Assembly (NCBI RefSeq): GCF_001194135.2
Contig: NC_068984.1
Span: forward strand, 60,301,634 to 60,365,633
DNA: 64,000 nucleotides
DNA from: Octopus bimaculoides
Lineage: Eukaryota
Direction of reading: 5' to 3'
The translations under genes were made by a program, and so were the position numbers. The stretch's first letter is position 1. Every line of letters begins with the position of its first letter. Positions 12,312-26,444 of this stretch are shown here, piece by piece. Under the pieces are notes generated by a model, which made no database searches, was not told where the DNA came from, and saw only the letters and a list, made by a program, of their open reading frames with translations.

Positions 12312-12363
<52 letters not shown>

Positions 12364-13361
12364 GGGTAGATAGATATATACACGCATATTTCTATGTGTT
12401 TCTATGTGTTTCTATGTGTGCATGTGTGTGTGTTTATGTAATATATTTCTTTCTTCTCCTCTTTCTGTCTCACCAACCTTGGAACTGGTGGATGACCAGA
12501 GATGAGAGAAGTGGGTTCTTGCACTGCCTGTCAGTGTCTAAACATTTATTCACCCTTTACTCCTTTTCTTTTTTTGTTTGTTTGGTTGCTTCACTCTTTT
12601 ACTTCAACTTCTCCCGCACCAGACACAACCACCACTATATATATATTTCATTTCATTTCAAAGTTTCAGCTCAGAGCTGCGGCCATGCTGATGCACATAT
12701 ATATATATATATATATATTTGAAAGATGTATACTCATATATATAAATACATTCACACACACACATATATATATATGCCATTTTTATATATATATACTTTA
12801 TATAGATGTGTGTATATATATATATATATATATGTCATTATTTCTGTCTCTAACAGTTTCTTTCTCTTCACCTCTATCTATCTGTCTGTCTTTCTGTCTG
12901 TCTTTCTGTCTGTCTTTCTGTCTGTCTGTTTGCTTTATTCTGCACTCAATGATTTTATGCCATTCAGGCATGTAAATATATAGTTGAACTAATTTAAATC
13001 CCTCTCTGCCATCATCATTAACTGTTTTACATGAGTTTCTGCTGCACCACAATGTGTGCATCCTCTTTATTATTGAACTGCAAGTATGGACAGCATTATG
13101 TTTTTTCACGATGGGTCAAAAATTATGTTTATGTCTGTGTTTATATACTCTTCTGTTTTCCTTTAATGAAGGATTCGTTTTGTGTGTTCTCAAGTTATTA
13201 TAGTGCTTAGTCGCTTTGTTTTGTATAATGTATGCAATATGAATTGTGATATTTTGTTGGGTGATTATCATATTTCATGTGTGTTGCATAAGTTGTGAGT
13301 TGTTTTATCTGTTTCAGTTTCTGATGATGAGTGTGTTGAATGTGTGTTGTCTGAACTGTGT

Positions 13362-13575
13362 TGGTGAGCTGGCAGAATTGTTAGCACTCTGGGCAAAATG
13401 CTTAGTAGTATTTCATCCATCTTTAGGTTCTGAGTTCAAATTCTGCCATGGTTTATTTTTCTTTTTGTCCTTTCAGGGTTGATAAAATAAGTACAAGTCG
13501 AGTACTGGGATCACTATAAACAATTTACTCCTTACCCCAAAACTGCTGGCCTTGTGCCAAAATTTGAAATCAATG
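13362..13575 (+). mobile_element. SINE family B
   Basis: GGTGAGCTGGCAGAATTGTTAGCAC...CTGAGTTCAAATTCTGCC...GGCCTTGTGCC. Confidence 0.85.
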
Positions 13576-14716
13576 TTAGATGGACAGTGGCTGTGAGTAG
13601 ACGCGGTATGCATTTACTTAGTTCAGAAGAACAAAGGCTGTTGTAACAGCAGAGAAGAGAAAAAAAAGAAAGTGGAGATAGAGGTAGTCTTTTGATGGGT
13701 GGGTTTGTCAAATCAGTCTGATGATCATTTGTGAGATGCAGTGGCACATGTGTGTGTGTGTGTGTGTGTGTGCTTGTGCAAGTGTGTGCATAGCACCAGC
13801 AACAACATGCACCCCAAATGTGGAGCTGTATGTCATTGTGGGTTTTACTTGGAATCTGTAGAGAATAAGTAACTGATCAAAGCTGAAGTATTCTGAGACC
13901 TTGAAGACGAATGTTAATCTGTGGAATGCGGTAATTTTTTTGGTCATTTGTTGTAGTATTATACATGGGAAATCTCTTGGAAAAGGTCAACAAAGGCTTT
14001 AAGGTCTATTATTTAAAAACACTTTGTGACTTTTATAATTACTTGTTGTCCAAAGCTAGAGAGATTGGTTCCCTGAATTGCTTCCTTGTAGATAGTGTAG
14101 ATTGCTTCCTTGTAGGTACCCTAGTAGATAGTGCCTGTATATGATATATTTAATGTGGAATGGCCTGATGAACACAAGCCATCAGGCATACTATATAATT
14201 AGAACCAATGTCTGAATTAAAGTACATGACAGACTGAGGCTGGTAGGAACTCTGATTTCAGGCCAAGCACTTCAGTATCTTCTCCAGCAGCACAGCAATG
14301 CGAACTAATAAATCACTTCCTAATTCTTACAGCACTAAGTTGTTCCTACTTTATAATAGCAATATAGATGGTGTAATATGACTAGACAGATTACACCACC
14401 CACGTAACAATCTGCTTATTCATTCACTTGTTATACATTAAGTTAATTAGAGAGGTGGAGGTGGAGTGAGAGAGAGGAGTGAAGAAAAGAGAGGAAGTAG
14501 AGAAAGATGATTAATATTAATACACTTAGGCCAAATGGTCATATGGTCAGCTGAAAGTGGAGATGAAGAACAAGAGAAAAAGATGATGAGAGAAAAAGAA
14601 GGAGAGAGAAGTGTTAACAGTGTGCAGTGGGGTAGGGAAGGAATACTTATTACATGCTTAAAAAGTTAGCTGACTGCAAAGGTAGATAGAGAGAGATGGA
14701 CAGGGGAGGCAGTTAT

Positions 14717-14766
<50 letters not shown>

Positions 14767-14846
14767 GCAGATGACAGTGGGGGTAGTTGTGATGTGTTGA
14801 TAGTGCAGAGTATTTGTTTTTATTGAACTAATTTGTTTTTTTATAG

Positions 14847-15113
14847 CAACCGTTGAATACGCATAAATGCAGTTATTTATCATCTGCTCACTTAAAAAAT
14901 TATTTGTTTATAAAGGTTGATTTAGCCTAAATTCTGGACTTGCAAGAAACATGGCTGCAAGCTGCCTGAGAAAGGATGCACAGATATAGAGCATGGATCA
15001 GAGAGGAACAGCGAAAAGATAAAATGAAAAAAGGAAAAAGATGACACCGACGGAGACGTAAAGAAATGGATGTAGATGAACATCAAGAATATTCCAAGAA
15101 AGCTAAACTATGA
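14847..15113 (+). pseudogene. Decayed terminal-exon-like reading frame with a basic C-terminus
   Basis: After acceptor ttgtttttttatag|: QPLNTHKCSYLSSAHLKNYLFIKVDLA*ILDLQETWLQAA*ERMHRYRAWIREEQRKDKMKKGKR*HRRRRKEMDVDEHQEYSKKAKL*. The three internal stops can each be explained by one C>T change. Confidence 0.4.
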
Positions 15114-15924
15114 ATGCTATAAAAATGGGAATCATCCTTTCTTTCTTAAATAGGTCCTCTTATTTTTTTCCATTCTATGGAATTTCCATGGGTCCCACTT
15201 GTATGACAGTTGACTTAACCATGGACACAAAACTGTACTCTTTACAAGATACAAACGGCTAATCTCTTGGATGATTGTCTTGCACTATATACACTCAGTT
15301 ATCAATCCTCTCTGTTGTTTATCTTTATTGCTTGGAGTTTAAGAAAAGATGTTAAATCCATTATTTTGGTTAGATTTGAAGAAAAAAAATGCTATTTTTT
15401 TCGTTTTTGAAGTGTTGTTGCTATTTTAAAATATTTCACATTAAGGCCTGAAGATTATCAATAAATTTAAATCATCTATCCATTATTAGGTCTTGTTTGA
15501 ATAATCTCTCTCTCTTTTTTTAAATTACCTTTGGCAAAGATGCTGTTTGTATTAAAATATTTATTAATATGTATTTTGGTTTGCCACCTGTGAATTCTTG
15601 TTATACTTTAAGGTGGTATTTTGTTAAAATTTTATTTCAAATTCCTTGGAACACTGAAGTCTTGTTTTAAGTTTTCAGATTAGTATTCAACTGTTATTTG
15701 ATGTTATAAATGCATAATGATTGATACAGTGGCAGAAGTTCATGAATTTGTAGGTGAGGGGAGTTCCAGTTGATTTAAATTTAAAATTAGTTATATTGAC
15801 TTTAGAGGGATGGAAAATAAGCATTGAGTTCCAAATACTTCATCAATGTCATCACCACTTTTTCCATGGGTAGGATTAGATTTAAAGAGGCAGAATTCTA
15901 TGACCAGATGTCTTTCTTATCTAC

Positions 15925-16360
15925 TACTTTCTTACTTGCTACTTAGGACCTTTGCTCCCTATGGACCAGCATTGACTTCTATCTACCCTTCTCAATTCTG
16001 GGTTATCTTATCTGCTTCTTTGCAGTTGGACCCTTCCTTTATCAACTCTGCTTCAATATCCTTTCAGATTTTACTGCACTACATCATATATTTCCCTGAA
16101 GAAAGGCTTTCCTCTCTTAGATCGTGTTAGATCTGAATTGTCATCAGTGTTTCTGTTATTTTGCTTTTTGTATTAGGTAGGGGTATTGACCCAACACAAA
16201 CCCATATTTTATCTCTGAGAAGAGATGGTCCATTTTAGTCTTGCCCCTACCCTTTGACCTGTCTGGTATGGGAGACCCAATAAAGAGCTTGCACTACTCT
16301 GCTAGCATAGCTCTTAAGATCAGTAAGGCTCACAGGCCTCCAAACTGCAACAAGGACTGA
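15925..16360 (-). mobile_element. Short RTE-derived element (5'UTR-like segment joined to ORF 3' end)
   Basis: Minus strand begins CCTTGTTGCAGTTTGGAGGCCTGTGAGCC...GATCTTAAGAGCTATGCTAGCAG...CAGACAGGTCAAAGGGTAGGGGCAAGAC, resembling RTE/Expander 5'UTRs. It ends ...LVHREQRS / WSIGSKGPK* plus a simple tail. Confidence 0.5.
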
Positions 16361-16785
16361 TTCTTGTGGTGGGTTCTTCCTTTCCCCAACCCTTCTTTGT
16401 TATTCAAGTAATGTATTTTTTATTCCACTAGTTTAAGTATACAGGATCTTTAAATTTATCTGAGGAGAAATTCTCACCTCTTTGATGACATGATTCTTGT
16501 CAGAGGCAAACTATGTTTCTGTATGCACTGTTACTTTTCTAAGTCTGTCCACTGTAACTGACAGTGAGTGCTGTGGCAAGATGAAAAAAGGGAGAACATA
16601 AGCTCTAACTCAACATGAGGGATAACATAACAAGAAATAGCTGCCAATAATCCATATCTGCACCTGAGAAGAACTAGGCTTACCAACTAGTTGATAAAAT
16701 TAGTTTATTGTAATTACATCAAGTAAAGCTACACTAAAGAAGATTTGTAAGACGGAACTGTCTTCTCTCCTCTTATATTATATTA

Positions 16786-17250
<465 letters not shown>

Positions 17251-17743
17251 ATACTTTTACTCATTATGTTTATGAATTTTTAAAATGGTGGGATAACATT
17301 TGAAGGTCATTTGGTTTCTAATTCCAGGTGGTGAAACAACTGCATATGGGCATTAAATTTGGCACACTATCATTTCTGTTTCGTGATTGTTTGAATGTCA
17401 TAAATAAATGTTAAATAATAAAGTGTATCTTATCTGCGCATCAGATGATAAACTAGGATATGCATACAAATACATAATACATCAAGACAGTATAGAAATT
17501 TCCAATTCCAATTGTACTGAACTATACAGACTGGTGAACATTCATGTTTACAAACAAAAACAAAAAGTACTTGATACATAAAGTACATCTTATTAGAAAC
17601 TGATTTAAACACACACACACACACACACACATACACACACACTCTTTCACACACACACACACACACATGTCCACACACACACACACACACAGAGTCTCTT
17701 TCACACACAGTCTCTTTCTCACACACGCACATGTGCATGCGCG

Positions 17744-17789
<46 letters not shown>

Positions 17790-18849
17790 CTCTTTCTCAC
17801 ACACCACACAACATACAAACATGCTGTCATTCACTCACTCATGTGATATACAGCTCAAATACTGAACTTATTCCAGTTTCAAACTTTCTTAAGATCCTGT
17901 CAAAATTCATTCAACTCTGGCTACTGTGATGTTCAGAAGAAACAGCTTGTAAACCATTCTGAAAATGGGACTTCACTCACTCCAAGGGTGAAACTACTAA
18001 TAAATCAGCATAGCTTGAAAATTTAAATATTCATTATTGACTTTGTGTAGAAAGCGATTTGAAGAATATATATATGAAAGTTCTTAGCAGAACAGCCCAA
18101 CACTGCATTGATAATGTTTAAAATTTTCTTCACTTCTCAGAATATTTTTACTCCTGTTACTTTGCTGGCATATTAATAATTTCTTAAGAGTTGAGGGTGG
18201 TTAACTGTTACAAGTTGGTACAAAGTGGACAAAGTACTAAGCTGTGTACTTAATTATGTTTCTTTATGCTCAAAGTTCAGATCCTGCGAGGGAAGAATTT
18301 GCATTTCAGCCATCCGGTGTAGACAAAATATAAGTACCAGTAAAAGTATTGGGTTGATTTTGTTAGCTGTTCTCTCCCTTAAAATTTGCGGCTCTGTGCT
18401 GATGTTAGAATTCAACTCTTTCTTTATAGCTATGAAGCCAACAGATATATGCAAATTAGCACGACCTTATTTGAACTAAGTCACTTTTCTGTATAGTTAT
18501 TAGCCATTTTATTTTCTCAACATCATAATGTTGGGAGTTAAGCACACACTCATAAGAATTTAGTAAGTTTCAGACAAGTTTGTCAAACTCATGCATGTTG
18601 TTGAGAACTTGGGGCATATCTCCAATCTTCATTCCACAAGGCTTGTATATGTACACACACACACAAGTCTGACTATAATGGTTTGAGGGAGGTGATCTAA
18701 TTCCTTTATAGCTAAAACGATCACCAAATTCTTTCTTATCTCCTTACTTATTTTCTGGGGTTTCTTCTCTCTCTCATTTTTTCTTCCTCTTTCTTCTTAT
18801 TTCTCTCCTCTTCTACCTTTTTATTTTTTCTATTACCATTCTTTTGAAC

Positions 18850-19375
18850 TTTGGTATCCAAACTATTGTCTATATGGGTCAATAGACCTGATATTGAGAT
18901 TTAAAAAATCCTATTGACAAAACTTGTCTGCTCACAGATATGTGAACCCAACAGACTGCAACACTTCTCTAAAAACGTTTGAGAAGCTAAGTAAATATAA
19001 GCACGTTGAAATAGAGGTATCAAAAATGTGGCATCTAAGAAACAATGATCATTGGAGAATTTGGAGACAAAACCAAATGGTGCTCTTAAATCACTATGGC
19101 CAAATACCAGGAAACCCTAAAGTATCAGAAAAAGTTGTTCTCATGGATACTATCCACATTCTAGGAAAAACATTGTCAACTTGAAAATATCTGTTTCTCT
19201 TAAAACTGAAATGTTACAAATTTGATGGAATCTTAGTTCTTAGACTCTAGTCTTCTGCTGTAATATATATCATTACTAATCATGAATAACACACATAGCA
19301 AAACATCCAGCTTGCTGTTACATAAAGTCTCTGGGTGAGACTTGGAACAGAATTTTATACAAAGCAACAATAACA
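18850..19375 (+). mobile_element. R4/Dong-like (RLE-type) LINE 3' fragment
   Basis: NRPDI...PTDCNTSLKTFEKLSKYKHVEIEVSKMW...QIPGNPK..EKVVLMDTIHILGKTL is a restriction-like endonuclease C-terminus. The 3' end CTCTGGGTGAGACTTGG...TACAAAGCAA is shared with the copy at 46760-47668. Confidence 0.8.
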
Positions 19376-19611
19376 TAAACATGACCACCACCACTACCAC
19401 AATAATAATAAGGAATTATTTCTTTTAGTTCTTCATAGTACTCTCACCCAATATTAATTTCCAAGCATTTTTGGCTGTATTTGAATTAATTAATTAATTA
19501 ATTAAATATTTGGCAACCTTCATTGCATCATAACAAAAATGAGTTCCTTCCATTTCAGTAAAAGTAATTCCATTAGCTTGACATGCTACAGTAGTGTTTC
19601 TCAAAGTGTAA

Positions 19612-19799
<188 letters not shown>

Positions 19800-21721
19800 C
19801 AAATACTTCCATTTACTTCTGGTTGCATTTTTTTCCTTTTTATTTCTTTTTCTGCTATAAATATTTCTAAATTTCTAAAAACCAATAAAGATGTCATGAT
19901 TTTCTTGATTATCTATAATTACATAAATTGGCTTATACTATTATTTGTCCTGTATGATCTTGTTTATTCCATATTTTTATTTAAAAAATGTTTCGGTCAA
20001 ATTTAGAGTTAGTTTTATGACGTACATAAAAAAAATATGTTTTCAAAATTTTAATACTTATTCTTGATGGTGCTTCCTTAAGGTCACTAAGATATGAAAA
20101 GCAGTGAGCTGTAAGAGAAGCACTAGACCAGTAATTTTTTGATTCATGCCTCATTCTCAGATTTCTTTTTGGTATAGCATTGATGTTGTCATTGTTATTA
20201 TTTCTTATCCTAGCTCATCTCTGATTGAGCAGACTTATGATCAAAAGCATTCCATCTCAACTTCTTATTGTTATCATTACATTGCCTAATGTACCTACCT
20301 TTTTTTCTTTTTAAGACAGCATAATTTGCTGTAAATTTGCCTGCCACTTCTTGCATATCAAGTTCCATGTAGAGGCCTCTTCGTTGGGTTGGGTATTGCT
20401 CTATTCAGCAAAGTGTAATAGATTAGATAATAGGAAGTACCAGCAATGAATATTCAAATGAGGAACAATAAACATAATACCTTAAGGTTATCGCATTACT
20501 TATCCTTGAAGTAAGGTGGAATGGGATTCATTCAAGGAACTGCTATATGAGGTTGTAGTGGAGATATAATATATCTGTCATGTATTTGTTACAATGAAAA
20601 TTTACTGAATAAATACCTAATTACTATTATTCACTTTGAAGTCAGCCCTGACTGAGGAGACCTATGACAAAATGTGTTCCAGCTAAGACCTTCCTGTTTC
20701 TTTTTCTTTTTTGTATTTTTTAAACACATTGTCCAGTGTGGCCTTTAAAAAGTGTAGAGGGTGATTTGAGGAAGATTTGGTCGCTGTTTTAAGCAGGTAG
20801 AGCCATAACATAATCATTCTTCATTGACTTGTTGAATGACTCTCAGACTATGTAAAGTTGATATTACTAAATGGAGTTCACCAACTTTTGTTGTTGTTGT
20901 TCTCTACCATTTTGGACTGTTTTTGTTTTTGCTGAGTTAGCTTCTGGTGATTTCAACTGATTTCAGGATCAGTTTTGAAGAATACTCTCACAGATTGTTC
21001 CTTTTATGTAGCTCAGAACCATTGGTGAACTTGAACTCAACATTGCAAACCAATAAAACACTTTGTAATTATACAGTACTCTTACTTTTTATTCCAGTAA
21101 CCTAGAAAAAGCTGCACAATAGCCATTTACAACTAGCTGGAGTGGTGAAGACAATTGAGAATAGCAAATGATCTGGCCTCTCTACCAGTTGTGTTAGTTG
21201 TTGCTTAACCAGTAACAGCCAGCCCTGATCAAGCAGATCTGTGATCAAAGATATTTCATTTAGGATCATCCCATCTCTTTTTATGTGTAAAGAGCCTAAA
21301 ATCATATTATTCAATATGTACTTTCTGACGTTGGTGGTATGTGATGCAAAGGAGATTTGGTTACTATTTCTCACAGGTTGGGCAACCATTTACTTGAGCT
21401 GCGTTTGTCTTAGAAGAGTGAGAGCCAATTACATTTGAGTGCATTGAAATAAATGAAAATGATGACTTCTGAGTGCCCTAAGTTCAGGTTAGTGACTTCA
21501 GTGCAAGATGGGTTGCCTTTGTTATGACAATAGAAACTATCTCTCTAATGGTCTTTTCTATGTTTTTAAATATTTAGCAAGTAGTAAAAACAAAAGATTA
21601 AAAATCCTGCTTTTTAAGATGTTGTACAAAGGTTTCTTAAAATTGGATGTCTTAAGGGAAATATGAAGAAGCTACTCAGAAATTTTTTTTTTCACAACCA
21701 GTGCTTGTGTGCCAAGATATA

Positions 21722-22385
21722 TCATCGTCATCATCATCATCATCATTTAACGTCCTCTGTCCATGCTGGCATGGGTTAGATGGTTTGACTGGAACTGGTA
21801 AGCCAGATGGCTGCACCAGGTTCCAGTTTGATTTGGCATGGTTTCCTACAGCTGGACGCCCTTCCTAACACCAACCACTCTGAGAGTGTAATGGGTACTT
21901 TTTACATGACACCAACAATGGCCATGACTATGATTTCATTTAGTTTGACAAGTCTTCTCAAGCACAGCATATCACTAAAGGTCATGGTTGCTTGTCATTA
22001 CCTCTGTGAGGCCTAGCATTCAAAGATCATGCTACCAGCAATGGCCATAATTACAATTTTGTGGGTACCATTCATATGACACTGGCAATGGCCATGACTA
22101 CTATGACTTCACTTGATTGATAAGCCTTCTCAAGCACAGCATATCGCCAAAGGTCTTGGTCACTTGTCATCAACTCTGTTAGGCCCATCATTCGAAGATT
22201 GTGTTTCATAACCTTGTCCCATGTCTTCCGGAGTCTACTTGTTCAGTTTCCTCCAGAGTTAGAGCTCAGCACTTCTTTACACAGCTGTCTTCATCCATAC
22301 ACATCACATGACCATATCAGCATGTTTGTCTCTCTTGCACACCACATCTGATACCTCTTATGCCCAGTTTTTCTCTGACATATTT
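21722..22385 (-). mobile_element. 5'-truncated RTE LINE with a duplicated ORF-end segment
   Basis: Minus strand gives EKLGIRGIRCG...LRKTWDKVMKHNLRMMGLTELMTSDQDLWRYAVLEK. The segment 21906-22032 repeats at 22076-22205. (GAT)n tail. Confidence 0.8.
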
Positions 22386-23137
22386 CAATTGCTAAAGGCA
22401 AATTGTCACAACATATTTCAATTAACCTAAAATTTGCTTATGCCTAAACACTGCTTGGTGCTTATATTACTGTAATTATATATATGTGTGTGTGTGTGTG
22501 TGTTTTATTTAGTCACAAGAACAATTTTTATTCAGAAGGTCTATAGTTGATTGAATTAAAACTCTAGTAAATCACTGGTATATTACTGGTATTTATCTCA
22601 TTAATCCCAAAAGGATGAAATACAATGTCAAAAATGACATGGCTTGAATTTGGAATTGGAAGGGACAAAAACTTAATGTTACATGTTTAATTCAGCATGC
22701 TGTCATCTCAGTCATTTCCCTACCACCACCAGCAACCATTCTGTTTAGATATTCATCAGTTGTAACTTGGCTCATGTTATTCTATAAAAACTAATTTAAA
22801 TTTATTTTGTTTTCCTCTCTACATACCTATCAAAATGTTGTGCATCATGTACAATTGTAATGTTTTCGTTTCTATCTGTTATTTTACCATTTCAATTGTC
22901 ACAGTTGATCTTTCTGAAAGTAATTTGTTGCAGTTTTCCTCTGTGTAATGACATCTGAAATCCTATTCACTTGAAACAAGCATATTTTATCCCTTTTGAG
23001 ATCAAATACAAACAAAAGAGATGCTAAGAACGATTTCTAACTCAGATAACAACTAATAGACAAGTAAAGTATATAGCTATATATTGTATCTTTAATTAAA
23101 ATTGAGCATTTACAACTTTCTGTAAATCAATTAGTCT

Positions 23138-23397
23138 GTGTACATGTGTATGTATGTGTGTGTGTGTATTCATATATATCATCATCATCGATTAATGTCC
23201 GTTGTCCATATGTATGTATGTATGTATGTATGTATATGTGGGTGTGTGTGTATGTATGTATATGTGTGTATGTATGTATGTATGTGTGTGTGTATGTATG
23301 TATGTATGTATGTATATGTGTGTGTATTATGTATTTGTGTGTGTGTGTGTATGTATATATGTATGTATGTATATGTGTGTGTATGTATGTATGTATT

Positions 23398-23430
<33 letters not shown>

Positions 23431-23440
23431 ATGTATGTAC
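23138..23440. repeat. (TATG)n/(TG)n compound microsatellite
   Basis: Directly visible. Confidence 0.9.
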
Positions 23441-24776
23441 TGAGAATGGATGTTTCTCTCCTTGTCCACTGGAACCTTCATTTGCTTATTTTATTACGCT
23501 GTTGTTTTCTTTCTGTGAAATGTTTGCTTTTGTTTGTTTTTCACCCTTGAGAATTTTTCTCTTGTTTTCCTAATAACATTAGCACTTCTGATTAAGTCAA
23601 GAGTACTTTTATTCTAATGGGATTTATCAGTAATTTATGTTCAGCTTAAAAGAATTTACTAAAGTCTCTCTCTATTTGTTCAATTAAATTACTCACAAGC
23701 TAGCTCGCTTGCCAGGGTTTTTGTCCAAATCATTTCTTTCTTTTGAATTTATGACTAATTCTATAATTATATTAAATAATCGAGCAACAAATGAAATGAA
23801 TATTAAATGCTACTTATGCATTGAATAGAGTTTGTTAAATCAATTTTTTTTTGTTCTCTTGCTTGATTAATGAAAAGACTCTTTAAATGTTTGACTACAA
23901 GGCATTCTGCTATTTCTAAAAATTTTAGATTTTAATTTCTGACTTGTCTCTTTCAAATGTCTTTAATTAATTTTAAAAATAAAATAGAATAGAATGAAAT
24001 AACATAAAATAAGATCTCATAAACCACTAATGTTCCATCTTGTACCAATTTCCCCACCAGAATCTAGACTTTTGAAGAATTTAACATACATTAATGTTCA
24101 GATACGAAACTAACTTTAAAGTTTGTTGGCATTCAGCAGTAGAGCAATTACTGTGTAATACTGATGTAAGTATGTAGACATCTGAAGAACCTTTCTCAAG
24201 AGATTTTTTATTTCATTTTGTTTTACTTTGTTTTCACAGTCTGTAGAGTAACTGTTAGCATTGCTAATTCTGTTAACGTGATCACTTCCATCCAAAGTCT
24301 TTTATAGAAGAGACCATTACAGAGAATAATGGCTTGCCAATTACTGAAACAGTTGATTCCAAATAGGCTATGGTTGTTGACATGGATTTCAAGTAGAGGA
24401 GACAATTTATTCTGTTCACCAATCATTCATCAACAAATCATGTCTACATTTTATGATATCACAGACATTCTCTGTGATATGCATATCTAAGAAATCTAAT
24501 TTCATTTGACAGGGAATATATTCAATATGTTCACTCATTAGTCTTGTTGTTTAGCCCTAGGTCAAACCTGGCAGAATAGACATATGATTGAAAGCATTCT
24601 GGTCATGATGATACCATATTTTTCTGAAGTAGCTATGTTCACATCATTTCATATGTCCTTCCTTTTATTTAAAAGTGCATATGGTTTGAAAATGATCTCC
24701 TTGCTATTTTTTGCAGATTGAGTGAGTGCCTAAAAATACTTTCATTGGGTTGTATTTGAATCAAATTCATTTCTGC

Positions 24777-24924
<148 letters not shown>

Positions 24925-24967
24925 TTTAGGTAAGTTAAAGTATGTTTGTGATATATTTCAATTTCTG

Positions 24968-25250
24968 AAGGCAATTTCACTGTAGTTACTGTGGAGAAAA
25001 AAATATCTTATGGTAAAAGGTGTAAAAACACCATATCTACCCAGTGCTGCCTCCTTTCGGATTCCTAGATGTGTTTCTAGCTCTTTAGCCATTATCAATG
25101 GAAAATACTGAAGAGAGGTTTTAGTTAAAGTTATGGCTTTAAAATCTGCCCAGAGTTACCTCTCTTTGGTACAGGGCAGATATGGTGTTTTACACCTTTT
25201 AACATAAGAGAGGATTTTTTCTCCAGGGTAACTGCAGTCAATTTGCTTTT
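24968..25250. mobile_element. MITE with long (about 80 bp) imperfect TIRs, possibly Kolobok-like
   Basis: Left AGGCAATTTCACTGTAGTTACTGTGGAGAAAAAAA...AAAAGGTGTAAAAACACCATATCT pairs with right AGATATGGTGTTTTACACCTTTT...TTTTTCTCCAGGGTAACTGCAGTCAATTTGCTTT. AGG start and decayed TTAA-like flanks. Confidence 0.7.
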
Positions 25251-25639
25251 AGAAGTTGAAATGTGTCACAAACATATTTAAACTGACTTAAAGTTCACTT
25301 ATGCCTAAACACTGCTTTGCTTTGATACTGCTGAGTTTCTGTTTATTTATTTTCCCCATATACTTAGAACTGAAATAGTTAATGATTTGTATCCTATCAT
25401 CACTACCAAGTTGTGTCTGTTTCCAAGGCATTTAACTGTCAAAAGATTAGCCTTCCTCCTTGTAAATAGATACCACTTGAATATGAAGCTCATTGCTGTA
25501 AGGATGCCAGTCCATTAAGATTTTTGGTTTCCTTGCCAAATCTTTCAACTGCTTTATTTATGAGTTAGATTTATTTTTATTGTACCAGAATTATTAACCC
25601 CTCTTCTAGTTTTGGTTGAATTTAATTTCTTGATTAACC

Positions 25640-25884
25640 TTTTATCTTTTATACTTGTTTCAGTCATTAGACTGCAGTCATGTTGGGGTACTGCCTTGAA
25701 GATTTTCATCAGACAAATTGATTCCGGATTTTTTTTTTTCTTTTTATCTTGATACTTATTCAGTCCGGTCTCTTTCCACTGAACCACTAAGTTACCAGAG
25801 ATATAAACAAACCAGCACTAGTTCTCAAGTGGTGGTAGTGGACAAAAATAAAGGTATACATATGTATATTTATATATATTTATA

Positions 25885-25978
<94 letters not shown>

Positions 25979-26138
25979 GTTTCTTTCAGTTTTCATGTAC
26001 TAAATCCGGCCACAAGGTTTTGGTTGGCCTGGGTCTACATCAGAAAACATTTCTCCAAGATGCCATGCTGTGTGATTGAACCTGGAACCATGTGATCACA
26101 GAGCAAACTTCTTACTACACAGCTTCACCTGTGCCTGT
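25640..26138 (-). mobile_element. SINE family A with expanded internal (TA)n
   Basis: Tail, body, (TA)n at about 25895-25973, head. Confidence 0.85.
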
Positions 26139-26444
26139 ATAATTGATAAGTGCTAAGTAGGTGTACTTTATAAAAAAGATAAACTCTACCTGAGTGATTT
26201 GACTCAGATACACTGCATGAAAATTCTTCAATGTTGCCCTATGTCCCCCAAAAATCAATGTGTCATACAGCTTAGCATCACTAGCTTAATCACCATTTAC
26301 TAATTACATTGAGTAAATGAGGGAGATTCTCTGCAGTTGCTTGATTTCCTAGAAGTAAAGTGCAGATACCCTCACTTCACGCATGACTGCCTTGGAAAAG
26401 ATCATTAGATGATGTAGTTTAGGTATATTGTCTGAGAAAAGATT

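Noticed and set aside
14163-14187. Hammerhead ribozyme (CTGATGA)
   Set aside because: It is only an 8-bp stem-loop, with no matching GAAA core or three-stem topology.
14847-15113. Selenoprotein (in-frame TGA codons)
   Set aside because: A TAA is also in frame, the TGAs sit in Arg-compatible contexts, and I recognise no SECIS.
17894-17987. Phase-compatible second exon (RSCQNSFNSGYCDV...)
   Set aside because: The donor is weak (GG|GTGAAA) and there is no homology. Such matches are expected by chance in 60 kb.
21102-21389. 95-aa minus-strand ORF
   Set aside because: It overlaps a family-D repeat fragment and shows no recognisable domain.
21377-21487. Exon with good acceptor and donor
   Set aside because: Stops occur in all three frames. 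It could only be non-coding, and there is no further evidence.
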